NCBI GenBank assembly: GCA_023703655.1
Contig: CP097973.1
Coordinates: 4,701-68,700 of the forward strand
Origin: SAR86 cluster bacterium
GTDB lineage: Bacteria > Pseudomonadota > Gammaproteobacteria > Magnimaribacterales > D2472
Reading direction: 5' to 3'
Length of the DNA: 64,000 nt
Every line of letters starts with the position of its first letter. The first letter of the stretch is position 1. Positions 31,351 through 41,621 of this stretch are shown here, piece after piece. The position numbers and the translations under genes were made by a program. The notes beneath the pieces are model-generated. The model had not been told where the DNA came from, made no database searches, and was given only the letters and a program-made list of their open reading frames with translations.

Positions 31351-32053
31351 AATTTTCTTTTATTTGAACATATCCTTTTTTCCAATCATCAATAACAACT
31401 GGCTTTGACATTTTTTCATTCCAAGCAAGACCTTTTTTATTAAACCATATTGCATGCGCACCAGCATCGATTGCTCCTCTTACGTCATTAATTGGATCGT
31501 CACCAATGTGAAGAATTTGGTTGATGTTCACATTAAAGAATCTTGCTGCCTCCTCAAAATGCTTTGGATCTGGTTTATTTGAACATACATCTTTTGAAGA
31601 TATTGAGCACTTAAAAAATTTATCTATCCCGATGAGTTTGATATCCGCATTTCCATTTGTGAGAACACCCAAATCAATCTCAGCAGACATTTTTTTAAGA
31701 AATCTCTTTACGCCAGCAAACAATTTAACTTGTTGTCTGTAATTGAAAAAAATTCCAAAGGCTTCGTTAACAAAATTATCAAGGTCGATTTTGTTTTTAA
31801 AGAATTTGTGGACATGATATTTTAGTGACGCTTTACGCAGTGCACTTAAATCATATTCGAGCGAATGATTTTCAGCTATTAATCTTTTCCTCAAATTAAT
31901 AAACTCCTCTAGGTTGCCCCATTTAATGTCTGAATCTAACTGCTGCTCTATCCATTTCCTGGTTTCAACCTCTGCTCTAATTATGACAGGTGTTATATCC
32001 CAAAAAGTATCATCTAGATCAAATGTAATTACTTTTATACTTTTATTAGTCAT
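31340..32053 (-). CDS. HAD-superfamily hydrolase (YigB-like position downstream of xerC)
   Basis: HAD motif I ITFDLDDT and motif IV IGDDPINDV. I prefer the Met at 32053 (8-nt overlap with xerC) to the track start at 32089. Confidence 0.75.
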   Translation of the reverse strand: MTNKSIKVITFDLDDTFWDITPVIIRAEVETRKWIEQQLDSDIKWGNLEEFINLRKRLIAENHSLEYDLSALRKASLKYHVHKFFKNKIDLDNFVNEAFGIFFNYRQQVKLFAGVKRFLKKMSAEIDLGVLTNGNADIKLIGIDKFFKCSISSKDVCSNKPDPKHFEEAARFFNVNINQILHIGDDPINDVRGAIDAGAHAIWFNKKGLAWNEKMSKPVVIDDWKKGYVQIKENYEF

Positions 32054-32957
32054 CTGATAATGCTCTTGGGTGCGCTTTTTCATAGACACTCATTAGATGT
32101 TGATAATCCAGTTTAGTGTATATTTGGGTTGTTGATAACGAACTATGCCCTAAAAGCTCTTGTATGCTTCTCAGGTCTCCACTGGACTCAAGTAGATGTG
32201 TTGCAAAGCTATGCCTCAACATGTGCGGATTTACAGGCGGCAATCCTTGAATTACTGAAATTTTTCTGATTCTTTCCTGCACTGATCTAGTAGAAATTTT
32301 TTTTCCTCTCAGATTTAAAAAAAGATATTTGCTTTTGGAATGTATTAAATTTCTTTTTTCCAGCCAAGCGCTTATTGCATCATTTGCATAATGGCCTACT
32401 GGAACAAGTCTTGTTTTAGATCCTTTTCCCAAGACTCTTAAAAAATTTCTGTTGTCTTCGAAGTCGTCAAGTTTCACATTGGTAGCCTCAGATACCCTCA
32501 GACCTGAAGAGTAAATTAATTCTATAATAGCTATATCTCTAAAGTCTTGTGTACTTTTCGGACTAAAGCTAACAAGGATTTCTATTTCTTCAGGTGACAA
32601 AACATTTGGTAGTTTTTTTGTAGCTTTTGGACTTACGATATTAGACATTGGAGAATTAATAACTATATTGTTTTTTATAAGGAATGAAAAAAAACCTTTA
32701 AGGGAAGAGATGTGTCTTTGAATGCTCTTAGCATCAATCTCATTAAGATATAAATCACCGATCCACCTCGAGCAGGTATCGGAATTTATTTCTTCATAGG
32801 TAGATATTTTCTCCTTAAGAAGAAAGGATCCGAATTTTTCAAGATCGCGCTTATAAGATAAAGTTGTATTTTTGGACAGGCCCCTGATCTTATCTAAGTA
32901 TTGAAGGTAATTAGCAATTTCGTACTTAAAAAATGAATTTTTTTCCTCAGCTGTCAT
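32046..32957 (-). CDS. xerC: Tyrosine recombinase XerC
   Basis: HMLRHSFATHLL and LGHSSLSTTQIYT (catalytic Tyr); conserved dapF-yigA-xerC-yigB context. Confidence 0.9.
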   Translation of the reverse strand: MTAEEKNSFFKYEIANYLQYLDKIRGLSKNTTLSYKRDLEKFGSFLLKEKISTYEEINSDTCSRWIGDLYLNEIDAKSIQRHISSLKGFFSFLIKNNIVINSPMSNIVSPKATKKLPNVLSPEEIEILVSFSPKSTQDFRDIAIIELIYSSGLRVSEATNVKLDDFEDNRNFLRVLGKGSKTRLVPVGHYANDAISAWLEKRNLIHSKSKYLFLNLRGKKISTRSVQERIRKISVIQGLPPVNPHMLRHSFATHLLESSGDLRSIQELLGHSSLSTTQIYTKLDYQHLMSVYEKAHPRALSDD

Positions 32958-33579
32958 AGCGCTTTAGTAATGACGATAGGGCTTCTTTTATGAAAGATAA
33001 AAATGAAGTGCCTTCGTCACCAATATATTTACTTGAATCATTTGACCCGAATTTAATTAACAAGTAATTATTTTTATCAAGATTTATTGCAGATACAACG
33101 GCGGAGGCAGGTTTTAACTTACCAAATAATGCCTCCATCTTATTGACATTAAATGTTCCAGAGAATATTTTTTCGCTCTTTAGGTCGTGACCAATCTCAT
33201 CTGACAATTTCTCAATACTATTATTGCTGATCTCATCAATCTTGAAGAATTCAACTTGAAAGCTATCTTTAAAATGGCTAGCAACCTTATCAAGCATATT
33301 TTTTTTATCTTTTGCTTTAATCATAGCTAAAATTAAATTCTTTGTTTTAATATATAGGTCCTCATTTTCTTTAGCGCGCGATAAAAACCTAGTAAGTAGT
33401 TTGTTTAACTCATCTTGTTCATCTCTCAATTTTTTGACTTGTTTGTCTAGTAAAGAGCTTATTGATTGATCAGGATTAGCAATATCTAACTCCGCTAACA
33501 AGGATGGATGTCTTATAAAAAAGTCAGTATTCTTGAGAAGATAAATCTCTATGTCTTCATCATTTAGCTTGTTTGCCAT
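32947..33579 (-). CDS. DUF484 (YigA) family protein
   Basis: N-terminal IEIYLLKNTDFFIRHPSLLAEL, typical of DUF484; located between dapF and xerC as in E. coli. Confidence 0.7.
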   Translation of the reverse strand: MANKLNDEDIEIYLLKNTDFFIRHPSLLAELDIANPDQSISSLLDKQVKKLRDEQDELNKLLTRFLSRAKENEDLYIKTKNLILAMIKAKDKKNMLDKVASHFKDSFQVEFFKIDEISNNSIEKLSDEIGHDLKSEKIFSGTFNVNKMEALFGKLKPASAVVSAINLDKNNYLLIKFGSNDSSKYIGDEGTSFLSFIKEALSSLLKRYDS

Positions 33580-34349
33580 TTTCCCTCATATGATGTTTTA
33601 GCCGGACCCGAAAGATACATTTCATCTTTTAGTTCAGTAACAATTTTTCCACCCTTGCTCAAAATAGTTACTTTTTTTGAGGGTTTTGCATAAATAAATC
33701 CTATGCAAGCAGATGCAGATCCACAAGATAAGGTTTCTCCTGCACCATGTTCCCAAGTTCGTACATGAATATTTCTAGCCTTATCTTTAATGATGGACAA
33801 GTTAAAGCCTCTAAGAGCTTTATACTCCGATATTTCTTTGTATAGTTCTCTTAAATCGACATCCTCAAGACTATTCACCTTTGTAATTATGTGTTTATTC
33901 CCAACATTCACAAAATAGGGATCTATAATCTTTAATTTTTTTAGAAACTTTTTCGTGTCTTCATTAACGTGAATGAATTTTGGGGCTCTAAAAATTAGTT
34001 GGACATTATTGTTGCTCAATGATTTTGCTTTCAAGATCATTTTTTTAGTTTCTAGTTTTAAGATATTGTCTCTGGAAGCTAGCTTTTTGTCCCAAATGAA
34101 TTTAGCAACGCATCTTAAACCATTCATGCACATATTTGCGAAACTACCATCTGAATTCCTAAAATGAATATTAAAATCACTCATGGAAGATTCTGAGGTT
34201 GAGACAATGATTAATTGATCAAATCCAATACCAGTTTTTCTATTGCTCATTTGACTGATTTGTTTTTTTGAAAGGATTAAAGGAATGCGATCTTGAAAAA
34301 TCATGAAATCATTACCATTCCCATGCATCTTTGTGAAAGAAAGCGTCAA
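33564..34349 (-). CDS. dapF: Diaminopimelate epimerase
   Basis: FTKMHGNGNDFMIF; catalytic Cys regions NSDGSFANMCMNGLRC and LSCGSASAC. Confidence 0.85.
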   Translation of the reverse strand: MTLSFTKMHGNGNDFMIFQDRIPLILSKKQISQMSNRKTGIGFDQLIIVSTSESSMSDFNIHFRNSDGSFANMCMNGLRCVAKFIWDKKLASRDNILKLETKKMILKAKSLSNNNVQLIFRAPKFIHVNEDTKKFLKKLKIIDPYFVNVGNKHIITKVNSLEDVDLRELYKEISEYKALRGFNLSIIKDKARNIHVRTWEHGAGETLSCGSASACIGFIYAKPSKKVTILSKGGKIVTELKDEMYLSGPAKTSYEGKWQTS

Positions 34350-35575
34350 GACTCAACCTCATTTGCAATCAATTCACTCAAAGTTTCTCTTTTTCTAATC
34401 AGGGTAAACTTATCACCATCAACAAGAATCTCTGCTGATCTTGGCCTAGTATTGTAATTTGAGCTCATAGAAAAACCATAGGCTCCTGCAGTTCCGATTG
34501 CAACTAGATCTCCAGTTTTGCATGACAATTCAACTCCTTTAGCTAAGTAATCTCCAGTTTCACAAATTGGTCCAACGATATCAAAGGTTTTTTTACTAAC
34601 TTTATTATTAACAACTTCATGAACTTTATGTTTTGCCTGATATAAAGCCGGTCTGATTAGATCATTCATGGCTGCATCAACAATCAAAAAGTTATTTTTA
34701 CAATACTCCACTTCAGTAACTAGCATGCCAGCATTTGCGGCGATAGCTCTACCCGGCTCTATGTATATTTCTTCATCTCTATCTTTAAAAATTTTTGCAT
34801 ATACGGTAAGCAATTCATCAGGTGTCTTTGTTTCTTCGCCGTTATACTGAACCCCAAGTCCACCCCCCATATCAATAAACCTTATATCACATCCAACTGC
34901 AGATAGTTCAATAGATAGAGCTAACATTTGTTTTGCCGCAGTTTCAAAACCATCTAATTCAAGGATTTGAGAGCCTATATGACAAGCAATACCGATTAGA
35001 TTGATATGAGGATTATCTTTATAGGATTTTGCCAATTCTTTAGCTTCAGCAAAACTTATCCCAAATTTATCATCTTTTCTGCCAGTCTTAATATATTCAT
35101 GACCGCCTTGATCAACATTTGGATTGACCCGCAGACCAATATCTGCTCTTTGCTTTAAAAGTTCACTGATCATTGAAATTCTCTCAAGTTCTTCAGATGA
35201 TTCAATATTGAAAGCATGAATGCCTAATTTCAGAGCTGCACTAATTTCTGCCTTACTTTTACCAACGCCTGAAAAGATTATTCTTTTGGGATCAACACCT
35301 GCCTGAATGCATCGGTGTAGTTCGCCGCCTGACACAATGTCAAAACCAGCTCCATTTTCACTCAACAGTCTAAGAATATTTATATTAGAGAGAGCTTTCA
35401 CAGAATAAAAAACAGTCCCATTTACAATAGCAACCGCCTTTTTAAATACATCCAAATGATGAAGAAGAGTAGCTTTTGAATAGATGTATATTGGAGTGCC
35501 ATATTTTTCGGCTATGTCACCTAAAAATACTTTCTCACAAAATAGCTGATTGTTTTTATAATTAAAATGATTCAT
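34346..35575 (-). CDS. lysA: Diaminopimelate decarboxylase
   Basis: PLP-Lys region FYSVKALSN, DIVSGGEL, EPGRAI and CETGD. I chose the start at 35575 (MNHFNYKNNQLFCE) because the longer track ORF would run through the lptM-like lipoprotein gene. Confidence 0.9.
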   Translation of the reverse strand: MNHFNYKNNQLFCEKVFLGDIAEKYGTPIYIYSKATLLHHLDVFKKAVAIVNGTVFYSVKALSNINILRLLSENGAGFDIVSGGELHRCIQAGVDPKRIIFSGVGKSKAEISAALKLGIHAFNIESSEELERISMISELLKQRADIGLRVNPNVDQGGHEYIKTGRKDDKFGISFAEAKELAKSYKDNPHINLIGIACHIGSQILELDGFETAAKQMLALSIELSAVGCDIRFIDMGGGLGVQYNGEETKTPDELLTVYAKIFKDRDEEIYIEPGRAIAANAGMLVTEVEYCKNNFLIVDAAMNDLIRPALYQAKHKVHEVVNNKVSKKTFDIVGPICETGDYLAKGVELSCKTGDLVAIGTAGAYGFSMSSNYNTRPRSAEILVDGDKFTLIRKRETLSELIANEVES

Positions 35576-35675
35576 CCGACTTTTCGTAATTATAATTGTT
35601 TTGGGGAATTGGACCTTTGTATCCACAGCCAATGGATAGGCATAAAATAAATATTACTACAAAGAATTTGTTCAT
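35562..35675 (-). CDS. lptM: LptM/YifL-like small lipoprotein (37 aa; not in the ORF track)
   Basis: Hand translation gives MNKFFVVIFILCLSIGCGYKGPIPQNNYNYEKSDESF. Lipobox SIGC is followed by the GxKGP signature of E. coli YifL, which also sits upstream of the lysA/dapF genes. Overlaps the lysA start by 14 nt in another frame. Confidence 0.6.
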   Translation of the reverse strand: MNKFFVVIFILCLSIGCGYKGPIPQNNYNYEKSDESF

Positions 35676-35717
35676 AGGTGAGATATTCTAATTAAGAAGT
35701 AATTAAAAAACTAATTC

Positions 35718-37112
35718 TTAGTATTTGTATTCTTCTTCTTTGAAGGGCCCATCTTGTGGTACATGAATATAATCAGCTTGTTCCTTAGTAAGTTTTGTTA
35801 TCGTGCCTCCAAAACCCTCGACCATTAATTCAGCAACTTCCTCATCAAGTTTTTTTGGCAAGACTGTGACAGACAACATTTCTTTCTTTCGTTCGTCATC
35901 ATTCACCTTTGCAAAAGCTTGATCGTACAAGTAGATTTGAGCTAAGACCTGATTAGCAAAAGATCCATCCATAATTCTGCTGGGATGACCAGTAGCATTA
36001 CCTAAGTTAACAAGCCGACCTTCGGCTAGTAACAAGATATAGTTTCTATCATTATCTTCTGGCACTCCATCAGGAGTTACATTCCTAAAAATTCTATGGA
36101 CTTGAGGTTTTATTTCCTCCCAAAACCATTCATTTTTCATATAATTTGTGTCAATTTCATTATCAAAGTGACCAATATTGCATATCACAGCATTGTTTTT
36201 AACGCTTTTAAGAATTGGTGCATCACATACATTTACATTGCCTGTGGCAGTAACTACCAAGTCAGTGTCTTGTAAAAGATCTACATTAATGTCTGATTCA
36301 GATCTGGTAACAACCCCATCTTTGTATGCTGACACTACTTCAAACCCGTCCATGCATGCTTGCATTGCACAAATTGGGTCAGACTCAATCACTCTTACGA
36401 TCATACCCTCTTGAGCCAGACTTAGTGCAGAGCCTTTCCCAACGTCTCCATAACCAATTACTAGTGCTTTTTTACCGGAAAGCAACATATCTGTTCCACG
36501 CTTAATTGCATCATTGAGACTATGTCTGCAACCATATTTATTGTCATTTTTAGATTTTGTTACTGAATCATTAACATTTATCGCTGGAACCATAAGCTCT
36601 CCATTCCTTAGCATTTCTTTCAGTCTGTGAACTCCAGTTGTAGTTTCTTCAGAAATGCCATGAATTTTTTCCAGCATTTCAGGATATTTTTCGTGCACCA
36701 TTGCGGTGAGATCGCCCCCATCATCCAAAATCATATTGGCATCCCATGGAGTCCCATCTGATAGAATAGTTTGCTCAATACACCATTCAAATTCCTCTTC
36801 AGTTTCTCCCTTCCAAGCAAACACTGGGATTCCCTTAGCAGCCATGGCTGCTGCAGCATGATCTTGAGTAGAAAAGATATTACAAGAAGACCACCTTAAT
36901 TCAGCCCCAAGTTCTACAAGGGTCTCCATAAGAACCGCAGTTTGAACAGTCATGTGGATACAACCCATTATTTTTGCACCACTTAGTGGTTGTGAATCTT
37001 TATATTTACTTCGCAATGCCATTAGTGCAGGCATTTCAATTTCAGCAAGTGATATTTCTCGCCTCCCAAAATCAGCTTGGTTTATATCCGCAACTTTATA
37101 GTCATTACTCAT
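35718..37112 (-). CDS. ahcY: Adenosylhomocysteinase
   Basis: 464 aa; DYKVADI N-terminus; NAD-binding [15 protein letters not shown]; IGHFDNEID; C-terminal YKY-type tail. Confidence 0.95.
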   Translation of the reverse strand: MSNDYKVADINQADFGRREISLAEIEMPALMALRSKYKDSQPLSGAKIMGCIHMTVQTAVLMETLVELGAELRWSSCNIFSTQDHAAAAMAAKGIPVFAWKGETEEEFEWCIEQTILSDGTPWDANMILDDGGDLTAMVHEKYPEMLEKIHGISEETTTGVHRLKEMLRNGELMVPAINVNDSVTKSKNDNKYGCRHSLNDAIKRGTDMLLSGKKALVIGYGDVGKGSALSLAQEGMIVRVIESDPICAMQACMDGFEVVSAYKDGVVTRSESDINVDLLQDTDLVVTATGNVNVCDAPILKSVKNNAVICNIGHFDNEIDTNYMKNEWFWEEIKPQVHRIFRNVTPDGVPEDNDRNYILLLAEGRLVNLGNATGHPSRIMDGSFANQVLAQIYLYDQAFAKVNDDERKKEMLSVTVLPKKLDEEVAELMVEGFGGTITKLTKEQADYIHVPQDGPFKEEEYKY

Positions 37113-37124
37113 TTGAGCTCCTTT

Positions 37125-38276
37125 TTAAACAATAAGATTCTTAGCTTTATCAATCGATTCCCATGAAAAGGTCTTATCATCCCTTCCAAAATGTCCGTAT
37201 GCAGCAGTATCTTGATAGATTGGTTTCTTTAAATCAAGCATTTTTATAATACCTTTAGGCCTTAAATCAAAATTTTCTCTAATTATATTTTCAAGTTCTG
37301 GCTGTTCAATCGTTGACGTACCGAAAGTATCTACAAAAATTGATGTTGGTTCTGCCACACCAATTGCATAAGAAATTTGAATCTCACATTTTTTTGCAAT
37401 TTTTGCAGCAACAATATTTTTTGCAACATACCGAGCCGCATACGCTGCAGACCTATCAACTTTTGATGGGTCTTTTCCTGAAAAAGCACCACCACCGTGT
37501 CTAGCCATACCTCCATAGGTATCTACAATTATTTTTCTTCCAGTAAGCCCACAATCTCCAACTGGGCCACCTAACACAAATCTTCCAGTTGGGTTTATAA
37601 ATATCTTATTGGCATCTGGGAGCCAATCATTTCTCACGATAGGCTTTATAATTTTTTCAAGTACCTCTATCTTTAGTTCTTCTTGACTAATATCAGGATC
37701 ATGTTGCGTAGATAAGACAATAGCAGATAGGCCATTAATATTGCCAGCATCATCATACTCAGCACTTACTTGACTTTTTGCATCAGGTCTCAACCAATCT
37801 AGACCTCCATTTTTACGAACCTCAGATTGTTGTTTGACTAAACGATGTGACAAATCTATTGGGGCAGGCATAAGAGATTCAGTTTCACTGCATGCATAGC
37901 CAAACATTAAACCTTGATCGCCTGCACCTTGTTCTAGGTTTTCACCCTCTCCTTCATTTACACCTTGTGCTATATCAAGTGACTGTTTTGAAATAAGATT
38001 TACAATTTTGCAATTATTGCCATTAAAACCAAGCTCATCGTTATCGTATCCAATACTTAAAATTGTATTACGAATTATATAATCAAGATCAGGACTTGAC
38101 GATGAAGTAATTTCACCAGCAACAATAACCTCATTATTTTTAACAAGAGTTTCGCATGCAACCCTACTTTCAGGGTCACCAGCTAGATAGGCATCCAATA
38201 TAGCATCTGATATTTGATCACAAACCTTGTCTGGATGTCCTTCTGATACAGATTCTGATGTAAATGTCTTAGTCAT
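37125..38276 (-). CDS. metK: S-adenosylmethionine synthase
   Basis: [25 protein letters not shown] and [16 protein letters not shown]. Confidence 0.97.
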   Translation of the reverse strand: MTKTFTSESVSEGHPDKVCDQISDAILDAYLAGDPESRVACETLVKNNEVIVAGEITSSSSPDLDYIIRNTILSIGYDNDELGFNGNNCKIVNLISKQSLDIAQGVNEGEGENLEQGAGDQGLMFGYACSETESLMPAPIDLSHRLVKQQSEVRKNGGLDWLRPDAKSQVSAEYDDAGNINGLSAIVLSTQHDPDISQEELKIEVLEKIIKPIVRNDWLPDANKIFINPTGRFVLGGPVGDCGLTGRKIIVDTYGGMARHGGGAFSGKDPSKVDRSAAYAARYVAKNIVAAKIAKKCEIQISYAIGVAEPTSIFVDTFGTSTIEQPELENIIRENFDLRPKGIIKMLDLKKPIYQDTAAYGHFGRDDKTFSWESIDKAKNLIV

Positions 38277-38472
38277 AAATTCCTTTTTATAAGTCGTGCA
38301 ATATTTAGTATGAATTTACTTATCTGCACCCTAGTCAAGGCGCCTCATTTTAGCAGTTATGTATGCAAGCAGAGACAAATCAACCAACGTATTCTACTGG
38401 TCAATCAACTATAATTCAATTTGAGATTTAATTATCAGAAAATGCGTATTATTATTACAACTCTACCCCATT

Positions 38473-40458
38473 ATGGAAAAATTAGATCAAATAAGTAATG
38501 CAATAAGGTTTCTATCAATAGATGCAGTTCAGAATGCAAATTCTGGACATCCTGGCATGCCGATGGGCATGTCAGATATCGCGACGGTTTTATGGAGTAA
38601 CCATTTATCTCATAATCCAAATAATCCTTTATGGTTTAACCGCGATAGATTTGTTCTGTCAAATGGTCACGGATCAATGTTGCTGTATAGCGTTCTCCAT
38701 CTTACGGGTTATAAGCTCACTTTAGATGAGATTAAAAACTTCAGACAACTGCATTCAAAAACACCAGGGCATCCTGAGTATGATATTGATTTAGGCATTG
38801 AAACAACGACAGGACCTTTAGGACAGGGCTTGTCAAATGCAGTAGGAATGGCCCTTGCAGAAAAGCATCTAAGCGCACGATTTAATAAAAAGGATCTTAA
38901 TATTGTTGACCACTATACTTATGCATTTTTAGGTGATGGGTGCTTAATGGAAGGGATCTCCCACGAAGCTTGTTCTTTTGCAGGCACACATAAATTAAAT
39001 AAATTAATTTGCTTTTATGATCAAAATGGAATTTCAATTGATGGAAAGATTGATAACTGGTTTACTGATGATACAGCCAAACGATTTGAGGCTTATGACT
39101 GGCATGTCTTAGAGATAGATGGACATGATTTTCAGCAAATTAATAAAGCAATTGAGTTGGCCAAGTCTGAGACCTCTAGACCCACAATTATATGCTGTAA
39201 AACAAAAATTGGTTTCGGATCTCCTGCCAAAGAGGGCACTTCAAATGTGCATGGATCTCCCCTTGGTGATGAAGAAATTTTATCCACTCGCAAGAATCTT
39301 AAGTGGGAATTTGATAAATTTGAGGTTCCATCAAGCGTTTACAAAGACTTTGATTTTAAAGTTCAAGGTCAAATTCTTGAAGATAACTGGCAAATAATAG
39401 TTGACGAATACTCAGCAAAATACCCTGATTTATACAAAGATTTTAAGCGACAGGTAGCTGGCCAGCTACCAAAGGACTACGAAAGAAAGTTTACTGAATT
39501 TTTAGATAATATTTCTGTAGATGATGAAAAGATTGCTACAAGGAAAGCTTCACAAAAATGCTTAGAATTCCTTTGTGAAGAATTACCAGAAATGATAGGT
39601 GGCTCCGCTGATTTGACAGGTTCAAATAACACAATGTCGCGATCAAATACGGAATTTTTACCTAGTAATCCTGAAGGAACTCATATTTACTATGGAGTAA
39701 GGGAATTTGGGATGACTGGAATAACCAACGGAATGCTGTTGCATGGAGGTATAAAACCATATAGTGGGACCTTTTTGGTATTCATGGATTATGCTAGAAA
39801 CGCAGTAAGGCTTGCAGCCTTAATGAAGATTCCAAATATCTTTGTTTATACACATGATTCTATTGGCTTAGGGGAGGATGGCCCAACTCATCAACCTGTT
39901 GAGCATCTTGTAACCCTGAGAGCAACACCAAACTTAAATAATTGGAGACCGGCAGACCTTACTGAAACTGCAATTGCATGGGATAGTGCAATAAAATCAA
40001 AACGAACACCTACATCTTTGGTGCTTTCAAGACAAGGATTGCCTCCAATTAAAAGAACCAAGGATCAAATAGAAGCTATTTGCAAAGGAGGTTATTTAAT
40101 TCAATCAAACGATAATGCAAAACTGAACTTAATTGCATCGGGTAGCGAGTTAAATTTAATTATAGATGCAGAGCAAGAATTAAGAGAACTAGGTTTGTTT
40201 GCAAATATTATTTCTATGCCATGTCTGGATATTTTTAAACAACAGACTGAAGAGTATATGAATTCAATAATTAACCAAAATATCCCTAGTATTTTTGTCG
40301 AGGCACTTCACCCAGATTCTTGGGCATCATTGGCAAAACCAAATGATGTAGTAATAGGTATATCCTCTTTTGGGGAGAGCGCACCTGGTAACACTTTAAT
40401 GGAACATTTTGGATTTTCAGTCAGTAATATTATCGAAATGGCACGAAAATTAATTTAG
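38473..40458 (+). CDS. tkt: Transketolase
   Basis: SGHPGMPMGM, GDGCLMEGIS and THDSIGLGEDGPTHQP. Confidence 0.95.
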   Translation: MEKLDQISNAIRFLSIDAVQNANSGHPGMPMGMSDIATVLWSNHLSHNPNNPLWFNRDRFVLSNGHGSMLLYSVLHLTGYKLTLDEIKNFRQLHSKTPGHPEYDIDLGIETTTGPLGQGLSNAVGMALAEKHLSARFNKKDLNIVDHYTYAFLGDGCLMEGISHEACSFAGTHKLNKLICFYDQNGISIDGKIDNWFTDDTAKRFEAYDWHVLEIDGHDFQQINKAIELAKSETSRPTIICCKTKIGFGSPAKEGTSNVHGSPLGDEEILSTRKNLKWEFDKFEVPSSVYKDFDFKVQGQILEDNWQIIVDEYSAKYPDLYKDFKRQVAGQLPKDYERKFTEFLDNISVDDEKIATRKASQKCLEFLCEELPEMIGGSADLTGSNNTMSRSNTEFLPSNPEGTHIYYGVREFGMTGITNGMLLHGGIKPYSGTFLVFMDYARNAVRLAALMKIPNIFVYTHDSIGLGEDGPTHQPVEHLVTLRATPNLNNWRPADLTETAIAWDSAIKSKRTPTSLVLSRQGLPPIKRTKDQIEAICKGGYLIQSNDNAKLNLIASGSELNLIIDAEQELRELGLFANIISMPCLDIFKQQTEEYMNSIINQNIPSIFVEALHPDSWASLAKPNDVVIGISSFGESAPGNTLMEHFGFSVSNIIEMARKLI

Positions 40459-40463
40459 ATACT

Positions 40464-41621
40464 ATGCGTTGTCTTGACGGGGTAGATATTAATGATCAGA
40501 GGGTTGGGTTGAGATTAGATCTCAATGTACCTATTAAAAACGGGACGATTTTAGATAATACAAGAATTATTGCCTCAATTCCCACCATTGAATATCTGCT
40601 AGAGAGAAATTGTAAAATTTTAATAATTTCTCATTTGGGGCGACCAAAAGAAGATACTTTTGAGCAAAAATATTCTCTCACACCAGTTTGCGATGACTTA
40701 TCAAACATTCTTGGCACTAAAATAAAATTAATAACTACTCTAGACGATGCATTCCAATCAAATGAAAAGATATTTTTGCTTGAAAACATAAGATTTTTTA
40801 TTGGCGAGAAAGATAATTCTCTTGAATTCTCAGATGCAGTTGCGAATACAATAGATGCTTATGTTTTTGATGCGTTTGGTACAGCACATAGAAAGCATGC
40901 ATCTACATATGGAGTTATTCAAAAATGCAGCAATTCATATGCAGGTTTGCTCGTTGAAAAAGAAGTCAAAAATTTGACTAAAGCTTTATTTAATTTTAGA
41001 TCACCACTTATTTCTATTATCGGAGGTTCAAAGATTTCAACTAAACTTGGAGTGATCCAGAAACTTTGTGATATTTCAGACTTCATAATAACAGGAGGTG
41101 GCATTACAAATAATTTACTTTTATCAAAGGGATTCCAGATTGGCAAATCGATCTTTGAAGAAGAAATGGAGGAGACTTCAAGAAAAATTCTAGCAAATAA
41201 TAATATCTTATTACCTGATATGGTTATTGCATCAAAGTCGTTATCAACTCAAGGTTCATTGAAGAGCATTGAAGATGTTGAATCAGATGAAATGATACTT
41301 GATATCAGAATATCTAATGAAATGTCAAAAGCATTATCTCAAGCTAAAACAATTTTATGGAATGGTCCATTGGGCGTATTTGAAAATGAAAACTTTGAAC
41401 TTGGAACAAAATTCTTATGCAAAAGTATTGCCGAGTTAGACGATTGTTTTGTTGTTGCTGGTGGAGGCGAGACAATATCTGCAATAAACAAATTTATTAG
41501 CACGAAAGATATCTCATATTGTTCTACTGCGGGTGGTGCTTTCCTTGAATTTGTTGAGGGAAAAGAGTTACCATCTTTAGAGGCTTTGGGTTTTAAAAGA
41601 GAGGAAGAGAAAAATGACTGA
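40464..41621 (+). CDS. pgk: Phosphoglycerate kinase
   Basis: RLDLNVP, FDAFGTAHR, GGSKISTK and AGGGET. Confidence 0.93.
   Translation: MRCLDGVDINDQRVGLRLDLNVPIKNGTILDNTRIIASIPTIEYLLERNCKILIISHLGRPKEDTFEQKYSLTPVCDDLSNILGTKIKLITTLDDAFQSNEKIFLLENIRFFIGEKDNSLEFSDAVANTIDAYVFDAFGTAHRKHASTYGVIQKCSNSYAGLLVEKEVKNLTKALFNFRSPLISIIGGSKISTKLGVIQKLCDISDFIITGGGITNNLLLSKGFQIGKSIFEEEMEETSRKILANNNILLPDMVIASKSLSTQGSLKSIEDVESDEMILDIRISNEMSKALSQAKTILWNGPLGVFENENFELGTKFLCKSIAELDDCFVVAGGGETISAINKFISTKDISYCSTAGGAFLEFVEGKELPSLEALGFKREEEKND

Noticed and set aside
32046-32957. A tyrosine recombinase as a possible marker of an integrated mobile element.
   Set aside because: It sits in the conserved housekeeping lysA-dapF-DUF484-xerC-HAD context and has XerC-type motifs. 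I saw no flanking repeats, tRNA gene or phage/IS genes.
35576-35632. 19-codon N-terminal extension of lysA in the track ORF (MAVDTKVQFPKTIIITKSR...).
   Set aside because: It runs through the lipobox-containing lptM-like gene in another frame. The Met at 35575 gives an N-terminus of normal length for LysA.
37113-37124. Possible SAH riboswitch in front of ahcY, as in many beta- and gammaproteobacteria.
   Set aside because: Only 12 nt separate the metK stop from the ahcY start, so there is no room for a riboswitch. Any control must act from upstream of metK (see the finding at 38277-38472).
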